Source: a virus (Duplodnaviria > Heunggongvirae > Uroviricota > Caudoviricetes). Taken from it: a DNA stretch of 54,512 bases. Where the stretch lies: IMG/VR virus record IMGVR_UViG_2529293142_000033; one strand, given 5' to 3'. Of the stretch, positions 25,380-35,354 are shown piece by piece (the first letter of the stretch is position 1; the number at the start of each line of letters is the position of its first letter). Position numbers and translations under genes: made by a program. The notes beneath the pieces are model-generated. The model did no database searches, had not been told where the DNA came from, and was given only the letters and a program-made list of their open reading frames with translations.

Positions 25380-27312
25380 GAAAGCGCTGATCCAGTTGCA
25401 ACGACATCTTGCATCACCGCAGCCGATGTCCTTAAGCCAGTGGGCCAACACCTTCGCTGTACTGTCCCGTGAGACCAGTGCCCAGACGGGGAAATTCCGC
25501 TCCTATCCCTATCAGGACGGCATGATGGATGCCATCACAGACCCGTCGGTCACGTATGTGTCAGTGATGAAATCAGCCCGTGTGGGATACACGAAAATTC
25601 TTGACCATGTGGTGGGCTATTACCTGGCACATGATCCGTCCCCCATCCTGGTGGTTCAGCCGAGGGTGGAGGACGCCGAAGACTACAGTAAAACCGAAAT
25701 TGCCCCGATGCTGCGCGACACGCCGGTGCTGGCAGCCATCAGCGGCGACCCGAAGGCAAAAAACAGCAACCAGACCATTCTTCGCAAAACCTTTTCCAAC
25801 GGCGCAAACCTCACGCTGGTCGGGGCCAACTCCCCCGGCGGGTTTCGCCGTATCACATGCCGCATCATCCTTTTTGATGAGGTGGACGGGTATCCGGCAG
25901 GGGGCGCAGGATCCGAAGGGGATCAGATTGCGCTGGGAACAAAACGTTCCGAAACCTTCTGGAACCGCAAGATTGTACTCGGCTCCACGCCAACCGTGAA
26001 AGGCGTGAGCCGTATTGAAAAAGCCTGGCTGGAAAGCGATCAGCGCCGCTACTTCGTGCCCTGTCCTCACTGCGGTGAATATCAGGTGCTGGAGTGGGGC
26101 AGCAAAAGCACCCCTTACGGCATCAAATGGGAAAAGGACAGCGAAGGTAACGGGCTGCCGGAGACCGCTTACTACCTGTGCCGCCACCACGGCTGTGTGA
26201 TTGTGCACAGTGAACTGCCCGGGATGCTGGCAAAAGGCGAATGGCGCGCCGGTGCACCATTCAGGGGACATGCCGGTTTTCATATCTGGACGGGCTACAG
26301 CCCGCACTCAAATGCCTCCTGGCCGAATCTGGTCGCCGAGTGGCTGAGGGTGAAGGACGATCCGCTGATGCGCCAGACATTCATCAATACCACGCTGGGC
26401 GAGCCTTACGAGGATGCAGGCGAGTTTGCGATGAGTGAGCAGCGGCTGATTGCCCGCGTTGAGGTCTGGGGGGCGGAGGTGCCGGAGGGCGTGCTCCTGC
26501 TCACCGCCGGGGTGGATACACAGGATGACCGCTTTGAAATCACCGTTCTCGGCTGGGGCATGAACGAAGAGTGCTGGGTGATTGCGCATGACGTGATTTT
26601 TGGTGACCTGGAAACAGAAGAGCCGTGGGAGCGCCTTGACGCGTATCTGAAACAGGTCTGGCGGCGGGCTGACGGTTTCGGGCTGACGCTCTCGGCGGTC
26701 TGTCATGACTCGGGCGGTCATCACACCAACAAAGTGTACGAGTTCTCGAAGGCGCGTATCGGGCGTCGTATCTGGGCGACAAAAGGTGAGTCCGCCACTG
26801 GCGGCAAACGTAACCCTGTCTGGCCGACGCGTGTCGTTTCGTCCCGCAACCGGAAATCCTTCCGCCCCGTCATTCTGGGGGTGAACTCCGCGAAGGACGA
26901 CATCAGGCACCGGCTGCATATTGAGCCGGATCCGGCAGGCGCGCCGACCGCAGGCTGTATCCATTTTCCGTCGTTTCTGGATCTGCACTATTTCAGTCAG
27001 CTGCTCTCTGAGCGTCTGGTGCGTAAGGAGAGCGGCGGGCAGGTGTACCGTGTCTGGGAGTTGTCTTCCGGGCGGGCGAATGAGGCGCTGGACTGCATGG
27101 TGTACGGTTACGCGGCCCTGAAGGGGCTGCTGCATCACGGCCTGAAACTGAACCGTCTGGCTGAACGGACGGCGCAGGATCTGTCGTTTATGGCGCCGCC
27201 TCCCGCGCAGCCGGAAGAAAAAATCAGTTTAAGTATGCCGGGCGCAAAAGCACCGGAGACACCCCGTAAGAAAATACCGCTGCATATGAGGCTTGCAGGA
27301 GTGAGACGATGA
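25333..27312 (+). CDS. terminase large subunit (lambda gpA-like)
   Basis: VMKSARVGYTK, FINTTLGEPYE and NEALDCMVYGYAA segments match lambda gpA pattern; start may be an internal Met (for example 25426). Confidence 0.9.
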   Translation: MNLHLRKGKSKKTLLKKALIQLQRHLASPQPMSLSQWANTFAVLSRETSAQTGKFRSYPYQDGMMDAITDPSVTYVSVMKSARVGYTKILDHVVGYYLAHDPSPILVVQPRVEDAEDYSKTEIAPMLRDTPVLAAISGDPKAKNSNQTILRKTFSNGANLTLVGANSPGGFRRITCRIILFDEVDGYPAGGAGSEGDQIALGTKRSETFWNRKIVLGSTPTVKGVSRIEKAWLESDQRRYFVPCPHCGEYQVLEWGSKSTPYGIKWEKDSEGNGLPETAYYLCRHHGCVIVHSELPGMLAKGEWRAGAPFRGHAGFHIWTGYSPHSNASWPNLVAEWLRVKDDPLMRQTFINTTLGEPYEDAGEFAMSEQRLIARVEVWGAEVPEGVLLLTAGVDTQDDRFEITVLGWGMNEECWVIAHDVIFGDLETEEPWERLDAYLKQVWRRADGFGLTLSAVCHDSGGHHTNKVYEFSKARIGRRIWATKGESATGGKRNPVWPTRVVSSRNRKSFRPVILGVNSAKDDIRHRLHIEPDPAGAPTAGCIHFPSFLDLHYFSQLLSERLVRKESGGQVYRVWELSSGRANEALDCMVYGYAALKGLLHHGLKLNRLAERTAQDLSFMAPPPAQPEEKISLSMPGAKAPETPRKKIPLHMRLAGVRR

Positions 27313-27560
27313 TGAATACCCCCGGCGTGTTTGCCGGAATGTCAAAAGAACAACTGAAGGCGGCACTGAATGAAGCTCAGGCGGCCTATATTGAGCTGCT
27401 TTCAGGGCGGCGTGGCGTGAGTTTCTCCTATGCACAGGGGGACGGCACGCGCACCGTGACTTATTCACAGGCCAGCAGTGCGGATTTGCTGGCGCTGATC
27501 GCGACGCTCCAGCGGGCGCTGGGGATAAGGACGAGAAGGTCCCTGAGCGTGCGTTACTGA
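27309..27560 (+). CDS. head-tail joining protein (gpW-like)
   Basis: 83 aa, position between terminase and portal, resembles lambda W. Confidence 0.7.
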   Translation: MMNTPGVFAGMSKEQLKAALNEAQAAYIELLSGRRGVSFSYAQGDGTRTVTYSQASSADLLALIATLQRALGIRTRRSLSVRY

Positions 27561-27568
27561 GGTGAGCG

Positions 27569-29209
27569 ATGATAGTCGATAAAAATGGCAGACCTTTTCC
27601 GCAACAGACGGAAAAAAAACGCGCACTGAATGACAGCGGGCGGATCCCCTATGACTCTGCCGGTTTCTCGCACGGTTCAGTGGCGGGCTGGAACCCGGTA
27701 CTGTGGTCACCGGACAATGAAGTGAATATCTGGCGCAACCGTATGGTTGCCAGAATGCGCGACCTTGTCCGCAATGACGGCTGGGCGAATGGCAGTATCA
27801 CCCGCCTGCTGGACAATGCCATGGGGGTGGTTTTTCGCCCGAGGATGAAGCCTGACTACCGGATGCTGGCAGAGATGACCGGCAACCGGGCATTTGATGC
27901 AGACTGGGCGGATGAGTACGGGCGTTGTGTGGAAGCGCACTGGCGCAACTGGGCCGGTGATGCCGGGTGTTACTGCGACCTTGAGCGCAGACAGACCCTG
28001 CCACAGCTTTTCCGGCTGGCATTCCGCCACAAGATGGTCGACGGCGATGCGCTGGCGGTCATCCACTGGCGACCGGACAGAATAGCCCCCGGTCGCGGGC
28101 GCTACGGTACGGTGGTGCAGGTGATTGACCCTGACCGGCTGAGTAACCCGAACGATGCGTTTGACCAGCCGCATATCCGTGGCGGTGTGGAAATTGACGC
28201 GGACGGGGTGCCGGTGGCCTATCACATCCGGTCCGCACACATGGGGGACTGGTGGAGCGGCAGTGACACGATGCACTGGGAACGCGTGCCGCGTGAAACG
28301 TCGTGGGGAAGGCCGGTGGTGGTGCATGACTTTGATCATGACCGTGCTGGCCAGCACCGTGGTGTCGGAATTCTCAATCCCGTGGTTCAGCGTCTGAAAA
28401 TGCTCATCAAGTACGACCAGGTGGAGCTGGAAGCCGCCATCATCAATGCCATGTTCGGTTTTTTCATCACGTCGCCCTATGACCCGAAACTGACAGAAGA
28501 TCTGATGAGTGACGCGGAGGTGATTAATGGCTACCAGGATGCGCGCATGAAGTATCACGATACTAACCGGATTTCGATGTCGGGCGTGCGTATTCCCATC
28601 ACGTTCCCCGGCGAAGAGCCAAAAGCCGTGAGCGCCGCCCGTCCGGTCAGTAACTTCAAGGAGTTCGAGGGCACAGTGCTCAGGAATATTGCCGCTGCAC
28701 TGGGGCTGTCCACCCAGCAGGTGACACAGGACTGGTCGGACGTGAACTACAGCTCTGCCCGTGCGGCACTGCTTGAGGCGTGGAAAACACTGACCCGCCG
28801 TCGTGATGAGTTTGCGGTCGGCTTTGCCCAGCCGGTACTGACGGCCTTTCTGGAAGAGCTGCACGAAGAAGAGGATTTGCCGCTGCCTGCCAGTGCACCG
28901 GATTTTCTGGCGGCGCGGGCCGCTTACACCCGTGCCCAGTGGATGGGGCCGGGGCGCGGCTGGGTGGATCCGGTCGCGGAGAAAAAAGGGGCCATTCTGG
29001 CGATGGAGGCCGGCATGTCCACGCTGGAAATCGAAGTGGCCGAGAACGTGGGGGAAGATTTCGAGGATATTCTCGACCAGCGGGCGCGTGAAGAGCGGGC
29101 CTTTAAGGAAAGAGGCCTGACACCGCCTTCCTGGTTTCAGGCAGAGCAGTTTGCCCCCACACCGACGGGGAGCGCCCCGGCAGAGCCGAAGGAGCCTGAT
29201 GTTTCATGA
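27569..29209 (+). CDS. portal protein (lambda gpB-like)
   Basis: 546 aa; DLVRNDGWANG and other blocks parallel lambda B. Confidence 0.9.
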   Translation: MIVDKNGRPFPQQTEKKRALNDSGRIPYDSAGFSHGSVAGWNPVLWSPDNEVNIWRNRMVARMRDLVRNDGWANGSITRLLDNAMGVVFRPRMKPDYRMLAEMTGNRAFDADWADEYGRCVEAHWRNWAGDAGCYCDLERRQTLPQLFRLAFRHKMVDGDALAVIHWRPDRIAPGRGRYGTVVQVIDPDRLSNPNDAFDQPHIRGGVEIDADGVPVAYHIRSAHMGDWWSGSDTMHWERVPRETSWGRPVVVHDFDHDRAGQHRGVGILNPVVQRLKMLIKYDQVELEAAIINAMFGFFITSPYDPKLTEDLMSDAEVINGYQDARMKYHDTNRISMSGVRIPITFPGEEPKAVSAARPVSNFKEFEGTVLRNIAAALGLSTQQVTQDWSDVNYSSARAALLEAWKTLTRRRDEFAVGFAQPVLTAFLEELHEEEDLPLPASAPDFLAARAAYTRAQWMGPGRGWVDPVAEKKGAILAMEAGMSTLEIEVAENVGEDFEDILDQRAREERAFKERGLTPPSWFQAEQFAPTPTGSAPAEPKEPDVS

Positions 29210-30066
29210 ATCAACTTGCACTGTTAAGCCAGCGCCTGCTGAACACGCCGCTGGCCCTTCATCCGCGAAAAGCGGAAATCATTGTTACGGCACTGGCAGA
29301 ACGCCTCGGGATCACCCGGATAAAAACGGGGGCCTGGTATGACGATGATGAAGACGATTTCTGCCGTCCCGCCCGTGAAAGCGGGTACGACATTCTGGAG
29401 GGGATCGCCATCATTCCCGTGCACGGCACCCTGGTACAGAAACTGGGGACACTGCGGCCTTATTCCGGCATGACAGGGTATGACGGCATCCGGCGAAATT
29501 TTCTGACGGCGCTTAACGACCCTGATGTGAAGGGCATCTGTCTTGATATCGATTCACCCGGCGGAGAAGTGGCCGGGTGTTTTGATCTGGTGGACACGAT
29601 TTTTGCCTGTCGCGGGCAGAAACCGGTGCACGCCATTCTCTCGGAGTCGGCGTACTCGGCGGCCTATGCCCTTGCCAGCGCCGCCGACCGGATCCTGGTC
29701 CCCCGCACGGGTGGCGTGGGGTCCGTTGGTGTCATCTATGTGCACTGTGACATGTCGCGCCAGATGAAGGATGAAGGGCTGAACGTGACCATCATCACCT
29801 GTGGCAGCCGGAAGGCGGAGACCAGTCCGCTGCGTCCGCTGAGTGAGGCGGCACAGGCAGCACTTCAGGCGGACATTGACGCCGCAGGTACGCTTTTTAT
29901 CGAAACCGTTGCCCGCAACCGTGGCATCAGCGCGGATGCGGTGCGTGCACTTGAGGCCCGGACGTTACGGGCTGACGAAGGGGTGCAGGCAGGTCTTGCC
30001 GACGATGTGATGTCACCGGATGAGGCCTTTTCTTTTCTGTTAAAGGAGACAGCAAACAATGGGTAA
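29206..30066 (+). CDS. head maturation protease (S49 / ClpP-like, gpC-like)
   Basis: 286 aa with S49 peptidase core (ICLDIDSPGGEVAG..SAAYALASAADRI). Confidence 0.85.
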   Translation: MNQLALLSQRLLNTPLALHPRKAEIIVTALAERLGITRIKTGAWYDDDEDDFCRPARESGYDILEGIAIIPVHGTLVQKLGTLRPYSGMTGYDGIRRNFLTALNDPDVKGICLDIDSPGGEVAGCFDLVDTIFACRGQKPVHAILSESAYSAAYALASAADRILVPRTGGVGSVGVIYVHCDMSRQMKDEGLNVTIITCGSRKAETSPLRPLSEAAQAALQADIDAAGTLFIETVARNRGISADAVRALEARTLRADEGVQAGLADDVMSPDEAFSFLLKETANNG

Positions 30067-30640
30067 ATTTTCTTTCATGCACCTGGTAGGCATGGGCGGT
30101 CGTTCGCGAATGGATGACGATCCGGAGGACAAACGCGACGACGAGAATGCAGGGGATGATGAGGACCGTCGCGAAAGCCGTAAGGCGCGCTCCCGTGCGG
30201 ATGACGACGATAACGACGACGGGGAGAATGCGGGGGATGACGAGGAGCGCCGCGAAAGCCGTAAGGCGCGCTCCCGTGCGGATGATGACGATAACGACGA
30301 CGATGAAAACGCAGAAGACGACGATGACGAAGAAAAGATCCGCGCCAGTGAACGTCATCGCTGCGCAGCCATCTTCGCCACGCCGTATGCGGCAAAAAAT
30401 ACGGCCCTTGCCGCAGAGCTGGCCTTCAACACCCGCATGAGTGTGAAACAGGCCAGCGCCGTGATGAAAGCGGCGGTGGCGGTATCCTCAGGCCAGAAAG
30501 CCAGACTGGCGGAGCGGATGCAGCATGTGCCACAGCCGGGAACCGGACGTGATGTCCGCCCTGCACCGACGGAGGCGCACGCGATGGCACAGCACGCCAT
30601 GAAACTGTACAACGAGGCAATGGGAGGTAAAGCGCAATGA
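30059..30640 (+). CDS. scaffold-like protein with acidic tandem repeat
   Basis: 193 aa; position between protease and decoration/capsid genes; contains duplicated ~20-aa acidic unit. Confidence 0.6.
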   Translation: MGKFSFMHLVGMGGRSRMDDDPEDKRDDENAGDDEDRRESRKARSRADDDDNDDGENAGDDEERRESRKARSRADDDDNDDDENAEDDDDEEKIRASERHRCAAIFATPYAAKNTALAAELAFNTRMSVKQASAVMKAAVAVSSGQKARLAERMQHVPQPGTGRDVRPAPTEAHAMAQHAMKLYNEAMGGKAQ

Positions 30641-31038
30641 GCACATACGGAAACAACCCGTCGGTACCGGGTTACTGGTCGGACACATACCAACCGGACC
30701 AGCTGTTGTGCGGCCCGCTTCAGGTGGTCACGAAAACCGTGACCATCACCGGTGGTGAGGTATACCAGCGCGGTACGGTGCTGGGGCGCATCACGGAAAG
30801 CGGCGCGTACACCCTCTGCACTCAGGGGACGGGCGTGACGGACGGCAGCGAAACGCCGGTGGCGATTCTTGCCGACCTGGCGGATGCCTCGTCCGGTGAT
30901 GTGCTGGCCGGTGTCTACCTGATGGGTGAGTTCAACGCAAACCGGGTGATTTTTGATGAAAGCTGGGACATTGACGATCTGAGCGTGGCGCTGGAAAAAG
31001 AGAAAATCTTTCTGCGCAACCCGGTCACGGTGCCCTGA
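30637..31038 (+). CDS. head decoration protein (gpD-like)
   Basis: 133 aa, gggagg RBS, position immediately before major capsid gene. Confidence 0.7.
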   Translation: MSTYGNNPSVPGYWSDTYQPDQLLCGPLQVVTKTVTITGGEVYQRGTVLGRITESGAYTLCTQGTGVTDGSETPVAILADLADASSGDVLAGVYLMGEFNANRVIFDESWDIDDLSVALEKEKIFLRNPVTVP

Positions 31039-31056
31039 TCCCCACTGAGAGCCTGA

Positions 31057-31081
31057 CAGCCGCATGATGCGGCTTTTTTTA
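31057..31081 (+). terminator. hairpin plus T-run between decoration and capsid genes
   Basis: gccgcatgatgcggc followed by T7; probably attenuating. Confidence 0.5.
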
Positions 31082-31093
31082 TGGAATTTTTTC

Positions 31094-32149
31094 ATGAGCG
31101 AAAAAGACTTTAATCTGCTGTACGACACCGCGTTTCTGGCGCAGGTGGTGCCGAACCTGTTTGTGGCCCAGAACTGGCTGCTGGACAGTTTCTTCCCGAA
31201 TATCGTGCTGAGCGATACGGAGTCCGTGGCCATTGACGTGGAAGTGGGCGCACGCCGTATGTCGCCGTTCTGCTCCCCTCTGGTGGAAGGACCAATGGTT
31301 GAGGCCCTGCCGTATCAGACCAACATCTTCAAACCGGCCTACATCAAGGACAAGCGCGTTCCCGATTTGCTTCGTCCGGTGCGCCGTATGATCGGCGAAC
31401 GCCTGGGCGGGCGTGAGTACACGCCAGCAGAGCGTGCAATGCTGAACCTCCAGTACGAGATGGCCGACCAGATCAACATGCTGAACCGTCGTCTTGAATG
31501 GATGGCGGCACAGGCGCTCCAGTACGCGAAGGTGACGATAGCCGGTGAGGGCTACCCGACCACGGAAGTGGATTTTCGTCGTGACAGTGACCTGACGGTG
31601 ACGCTGAGCGGTGATGATGTCTGGCCTTCTGAGGAAAGCAGCACGATCCCGACCACCTGCCTGGAGGCGTGGGCGACGCTGATGCTGAAAAAATCCGGTG
31701 CGTACCCGACCGAGGTGATTTTCACGCCGTCGGCCTGGAAGGCGTTCATGAACGACAGCTTCATTCGTGAGAACGCCATCAACATGCCCGCCCTGAACCC
31801 GACCAGCAACGTGGTGAACCCGGGGACGCAGATCAACACCGGTGCGGTGTACAAGGGCAAATGGGGTAACTTCAACCTCTGGCTGTATAACGACTGGTTC
31901 ATCGATCCGGATGACGGAACCGAAAAACCGATGCTGGATGACGGCAACGTCATTCTGACCGGAGCAGCCCTGATGGGAACCCGCGCGTTCGCCTGCATCA
32001 TGGATCCGGCGTTTAATTACGGCCAGATGGCCTATGCCCCGAAAATGTGGGATCAGCAGGATCCGGCACAGCGTTTCCTGATGATGCAGTCGGCACCGAT
32101 TGTCATCCCATCCCGTGTCAATGCGTGCCTGTGCGCGTCGGTGGTGTGA
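31094..32149 (+). CDS. major capsid protein (lambda gpE-like)
   Basis: 352 aa; overall pattern and C-terminal FLMMQSAPIVIP match lambda E (FTMIQSAPLMLL). Confidence 0.85.
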   Translation: MSEKDFNLLYDTAFLAQVVPNLFVAQNWLLDSFFPNIVLSDTESVAIDVEVGARRMSPFCSPLVEGPMVEALPYQTNIFKPAYIKDKRVPDLLRPVRRMIGERLGGREYTPAERAMLNLQYEMADQINMLNRRLEWMAAQALQYAKVTIAGEGYPTTEVDFRRDSDLTVTLSGDDVWPSEESSTIPTTCLEAWATLMLKKSGAYPTEVIFTPSAWKAFMNDSFIRENAINMPALNPTSNVVNPGTQINTGAVYKGKWGNFNLWLYNDWFIDPDDGTEKPMLDDGNVILTGAALMGTRAFACIMDPAFNYGQMAYAPKMWDQQDPAQRFLMMQSAPIVIPSRVNACLCASVV

Positions 32150-32150
32150 G

Positions 32151-32336
32151 ATGGCGTCCGGCAAAAAGGGCGCGCCGGTTGACTATGTTGTGCTGCGCGG
32201 TTGTGTGCAGCACAACGGACAACGGGTGGCGCAGGGCCATGTGATTACCCTGAGCGAAAGTGAGGCGCAGCGTCTTCTGCGTCTGGGGGTGATTGTTTCA
32301 CTGGCGGAGATGAAGGGTGATGACCGGACCGGTTGA
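32151..32336 (+). CDS. small head-completion-region protein
   Basis: 62-aa ORF from ATG 32151 directly after capsid gene. Confidence 0.45.
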   Translation: MASGKKGAPVDYVVLRGCVQHNGQRVAQGHVITLSESEAQRLLRLGVIVSLAEMKGDDRTG

Positions 32337-32655
32337 CTGGGACAAAAACCTGCTCTCCCCGTTGTTCGGGGTGTTTGGTGAGGAATGCGAACACCGCCCG
32401 CGTGGCGGTGAGGCGTACCGGCTGACGGGGGTTTTTGACCGGGCGTACACGCAGCAGCTTGTCGGCGAGGACGGAGGCACGGAATCAAACTCCACGCTGC
32501 CCGTGCTGGGTGTGCGGGATGCGGAATGCCGCGTGAAGCCGAAACAGGGCGATATTTTTCTCATCGTGCGGACGGGGAAGCTGTATATCGTGCGGGATGT
32601 GCAGCCGGACAGTCACGGCGGCACGCGACTTGAACTGAACAGGGTGAAGGAATGA
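32317..32655 (+). CDS. head-tail connector / adaptor protein
   Basis: 112-aa ORF in head-tail joining region. Confidence 0.5.
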   Translation: MMTGPVDWDKNLLSPLFGVFGEECEHRPRGGEAYRLTGVFDRAYTQQLVGEDGGTESNSTLPVLGVRDAECRVKPKQGDIFLIVRTGKLYIVRDVQPDSHGGTRLELNRVKE

Positions 32656-33212
32656 ATACTGCAGAAGCCAGAAAAATTGTCACCCGGGCACTGAGTGATG
32701 CCACCGGGGCTGGCTGGAAAGTGTATTCCCCGCGCACCCTGCCGGTAATGCCCGATCAGTATCCGCTAGTCATTGTGTCCGTGCAGTCTGAACACAAGGT
32801 GTCACAGGGGCGGCATGTGCCGCAGTACACGACCACGACGACGTTGCGCATCGACGGTCGCGTACTGGCGTATGACAGCGGGGACGAAACGGAGAGCGCA
32901 GCCGGTGTTGCGTGGGAAGAGGCGGAGGCGATGAAGGAGGCGATAGAGCGGGCCGTCATCGGTAATCCGGCTGTCCGCATGAAGTTTCAGCAAATCGCTG
33001 ATATCCGGGCGCATATCGGTGTGGACTCCGACGGTGAAGCACACACCGGTATCGTGGTGCTGGAGCTGGATCTGGAGTATTACCAGGGGCCGGAGGATTT
33101 CTTCCCGTCTGAGATTGTGCCACTGCGAGAGGTGAACGTGCGCGGCGTGCATCCGTCATTCCGCCTTCATTTTGATTTACCTGCCGGTGATGAAACCGGC
33201 AGCGAAACCTGA
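32652..33212 (+). CDS. minor tail / tail completion protein
   Basis: 186-aa ORF between connector and sheath. Confidence 0.5.
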   Translation: MNTAEARKIVTRALSDATGAGWKVYSPRTLPVMPDQYPLVIVSVQSEHKVSQGRHVPQYTTTTTLRIDGRVLAYDSGDETESAAGVAWEEAEAMKEAIERAVIGNPAVRMKFQQIADIRAHIGVDSDGEAHTGIVVLELDLEYYQGPEDFFPSEIVPLREVNVRGVHPSFRLHFDLPAGDETGSET

Positions 33213-33225
33213 CAGGAGAAATTCC

Positions 33226-33450
33226 ATGTTTGTGAAACCTGTACCGGGGCGCAGGGTGCGCTACCCCGGCGACCCGTCACGCCTGCTGCCTGATGAGGGG
33301 GCGGAGGTGCCGGATCGTGATTTGTTCTGGCGACGCCGCCTGAAGCAGGGGGATGTGGTGCTGGCTGACAAAGCCACCACGGCAGCCAGCGGCAAAGTGA
33401 CCGTGTCCACGGCAGCAACAGGCAGCACGGCGAAAGGGGGTGATGCATGA
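33226..33450 (+). CDS. small structural-module protein
   Basis: 74-aa ORF with aggag RBS. Confidence 0.45.
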   Translation: MFVKPVPGRRVRYPGDPSRLLPDEGAEVPDRDLFWRRRLKQGDVVLADKATTAASGKVTVSTAATGSTAKGGDA

Positions 33451-34949
33451 CGGTCTCGTTCAGCAATATCCCGTCAAATCTTCGTGTGCCACTGTTCTAC
33501 GTCGAAGTGGACAACTCGATGGCGAACAGCGCTACGGAGACACAGCGCACACTGCTGATTGGTCAGATGACGGCAGAGGGGACCGCCACGGCAGGGACGG
33601 CATACCGCTGTTCGTCGGCCTCCACGGCAGCCGGACTGTGTGGTGAAGGCTCAATGCTGCATACCATGCTGACAGCCTACCTTAAAAACGACAGCTACGG
33701 AGAGACCTGGCTGCTGCCGCTGGCGGATGATGACAGCAGCATGACGACGGCCACGGGCAGCATATCTGTTGACAGTGTGCCGACGGCATCCGGCGTCATT
33801 TACCTGTACATCGCAGGGACCCGTGTTCGCCTGACGGTGAAGTCAACGTACACGCAGTCGGAGATAGCCAGTCTGCTGGCAGCCAGAATTAATGCAACCT
33901 CTGCGCTGCCGGTGATCGCATCGGTGGCCAGCGACGGCACGACCATTGAACTCACCGCCAGAAATGCCGGCGAGGTGGGGAACACCATTGACATCCGGCT
34001 GAATTATTCCGGGTCATCCGGCGGCGAGTCCACCCCGGACGGCCTGACGCTGACCATCACGGCGATGAGCGGTGGCGAAGGTGCGCCGGACCTTGCGGAT
34101 GCGCTCGCCAGTCTGGGTGACCGCACGTTTGATTTCATTGTCCTTGCTTATCCGGACACCACATCGCTCAACGATATGAAGGATTTTCTGTCGGATGACG
34201 AAGGGCGCTGGGCGTGGGACAAACAAATCTACGGTCATGCCTTCACGGCGGCGAGCGGCAGCTACGGCGAGCTGGCGGACAAGGGGGAAAGCCGCAACGA
34301 CCGGCACATGACCATCTGGGGCGTGTATGACGGTCCGAACACTTCGTATGATTATGCTGCCGCGATGGTGGGAGCGCTGGCGCAGTCGGTCCGTAACGAT
34401 CCGGCGAGACCTACGCAGACGCTGTCGGTGTCCGGTGTGCTGGCTCCACCGCTGGCAAGTCGTTTCACCCTGACGGAGCGGAACACGCTTTTGTACAGCG
34501 GCATCTCAACCTTCACGGTGTCAGACGACGATACGGTGACGCTTGAGAACACCATCACCACGTACCAGACCAACAGCTACGGTGCGGCGGACGACAGTTA
34601 CCTGCAGATCGAGACGATGTACACACTGATGTATGTGATGCGCTCCATGAAGACGCAGGTGACGTCGAAGATGGGGCGGATGAAGCTGGCGGACGATGGC
34701 GCGAATATTCCGGCAGGGAGTGCGATTGTCACCCCGTCGATCATCCGGGCCGAACTGATTGCTCAGTTCAACACGCTGGCGAACAACGGCTACGTACAGG
34801 ATGCGGATGCGTTTGCGGAGCAACTGGTGGTTGAGCGTGACAGTGACAACCCGAACCGCGTGAACGTGGTGTGGCCGGGCCGCCTGATGAACCAGTTACG
34901 CATCTTTGCGGTGCGGAACCAGTTCAGGCTGAACAGCAGCAGTGATTAA
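33447..34949 (+). CDS. contractile tail sheath protein (Mu gpL-like)
   Basis: 500 aa; size and position immediately before tube gene; overall pattern consistent with Mu-type sheath. Confidence 0.8.
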   Translation: MTVSFSNIPSNLRVPLFYVEVDNSMANSATETQRTLLIGQMTAEGTATAGTAYRCSSASTAAGLCGEGSMLHTMLTAYLKNDSYGETWLLPLADDDSSMTTATGSISVDSVPTASGVIYLYIAGTRVRLTVKSTYTQSEIASLLAARINATSALPVIASVASDGTTIELTARNAGEVGNTIDIRLNYSGSSGGESTPDGLTLTITAMSGGEGAPDLADALASLGDRTFDFIVLAYPDTTSLNDMKDFLSDDEGRWAWDKQIYGHAFTAASGSYGELADKGESRNDRHMTIWGVYDGPNTSYDYAAAMVGALAQSVRNDPARPTQTLSVSGVLAPPLASRFTLTERNTLLYSGISTFTVSDDDTVTLENTITTYQTNSYGAADDSYLQIETMYTLMYVMRSMKTQVTSKMGRMKLADDGANIPAGSAIVTPSIIRAELIAQFNTLANNGYVQDADAFAEQLVVERDSDNPNRVNVVWPGRLMNQLRIFAVRNQFRLNSSSD

Positions 34950-34954
34950 CCATG

Positions 34955-34980
34955 ATGCCGCCTGCGGGCGGCTTTTTTAC
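34955..34980 (+). terminator. hairpin plus T-run after sheath gene
   Basis: gccgcctgcgggcggc followed by T6. Confidence 0.5.
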
Positions 34981-34988
34981 GGGAGACG

Positions 34989-35354
34989 ATGATGAGTAAG
35001 AACGCGTTAGCGGGCACCTGTACCGTGACGATTGACGGCGTGTCGGTCAATGTGGCCGGGACGTTCAGATATTCCGTGGGTGAAATCGAGCGTGAAACGC
35101 TCACGGGAATGAGCGGCATACATGGCTTTAAGGAGTCGTACAAAGCGCCGTTTATCGAGATGACGGTACGTGATTCCGGCTCACTGTCACTGAAGGATTT
35201 TGCGGCATATACGGATGTGACGGTGGCGGCTTATCTGGTGAACGGCAAGACCATTCTCGGCCAGAACATGTGGCTGGTTGGCCGGATTGAGACAGACAAC
35301 AACGATGCAACCTTTACGGCCCGTTTTGAAGGGCAAACGGTGTCGGAGAGCTGA
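34989..35354 (+). CDS. tail tube protein (Mu gpM-like)
   Basis: 121 aa, gggag RBS, position after sheath. Confidence 0.75.
   Translation: MMSKNALAGTCTVTIDGVSVNVAGTFRYSVGEIERETLTGMSGIHGFKESYKAPFIEMTVRDSGSLSLKDFAAYTDVTVAAYLVNGKTILGQNMWLVGRIETDNNDATFTARFEGQTVSES

Noticed and set aside
25573-28864. Long minus-strand ORFs (25573-26307, 26308-27138, 27707-28864) antisense to terminase and portal
   Set aside because: Shadow ORFs in GC-rich coding DNA; the plus-strand products have clear terminase/portal similarity and the minus-strand translations are Arg/His/Pro-rich junk.
30075-30440. Overlapping ORFs 30075-30395 (minus) and 30114-30440 (plus) in the acidic repeat region
   Set aside because: Alternative-frame readings of the GA-rich repeat (poly-Arg/His or Thr/Met-rich junk); the scaffold frame is the only one with an RBS and gene context.
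31079-32164. 361-aa minus-strand ORF antisense to the major capsid gene
   Set aside because: Shadow ORF; the plus-strand translation matches lambda E-type capsid protein.
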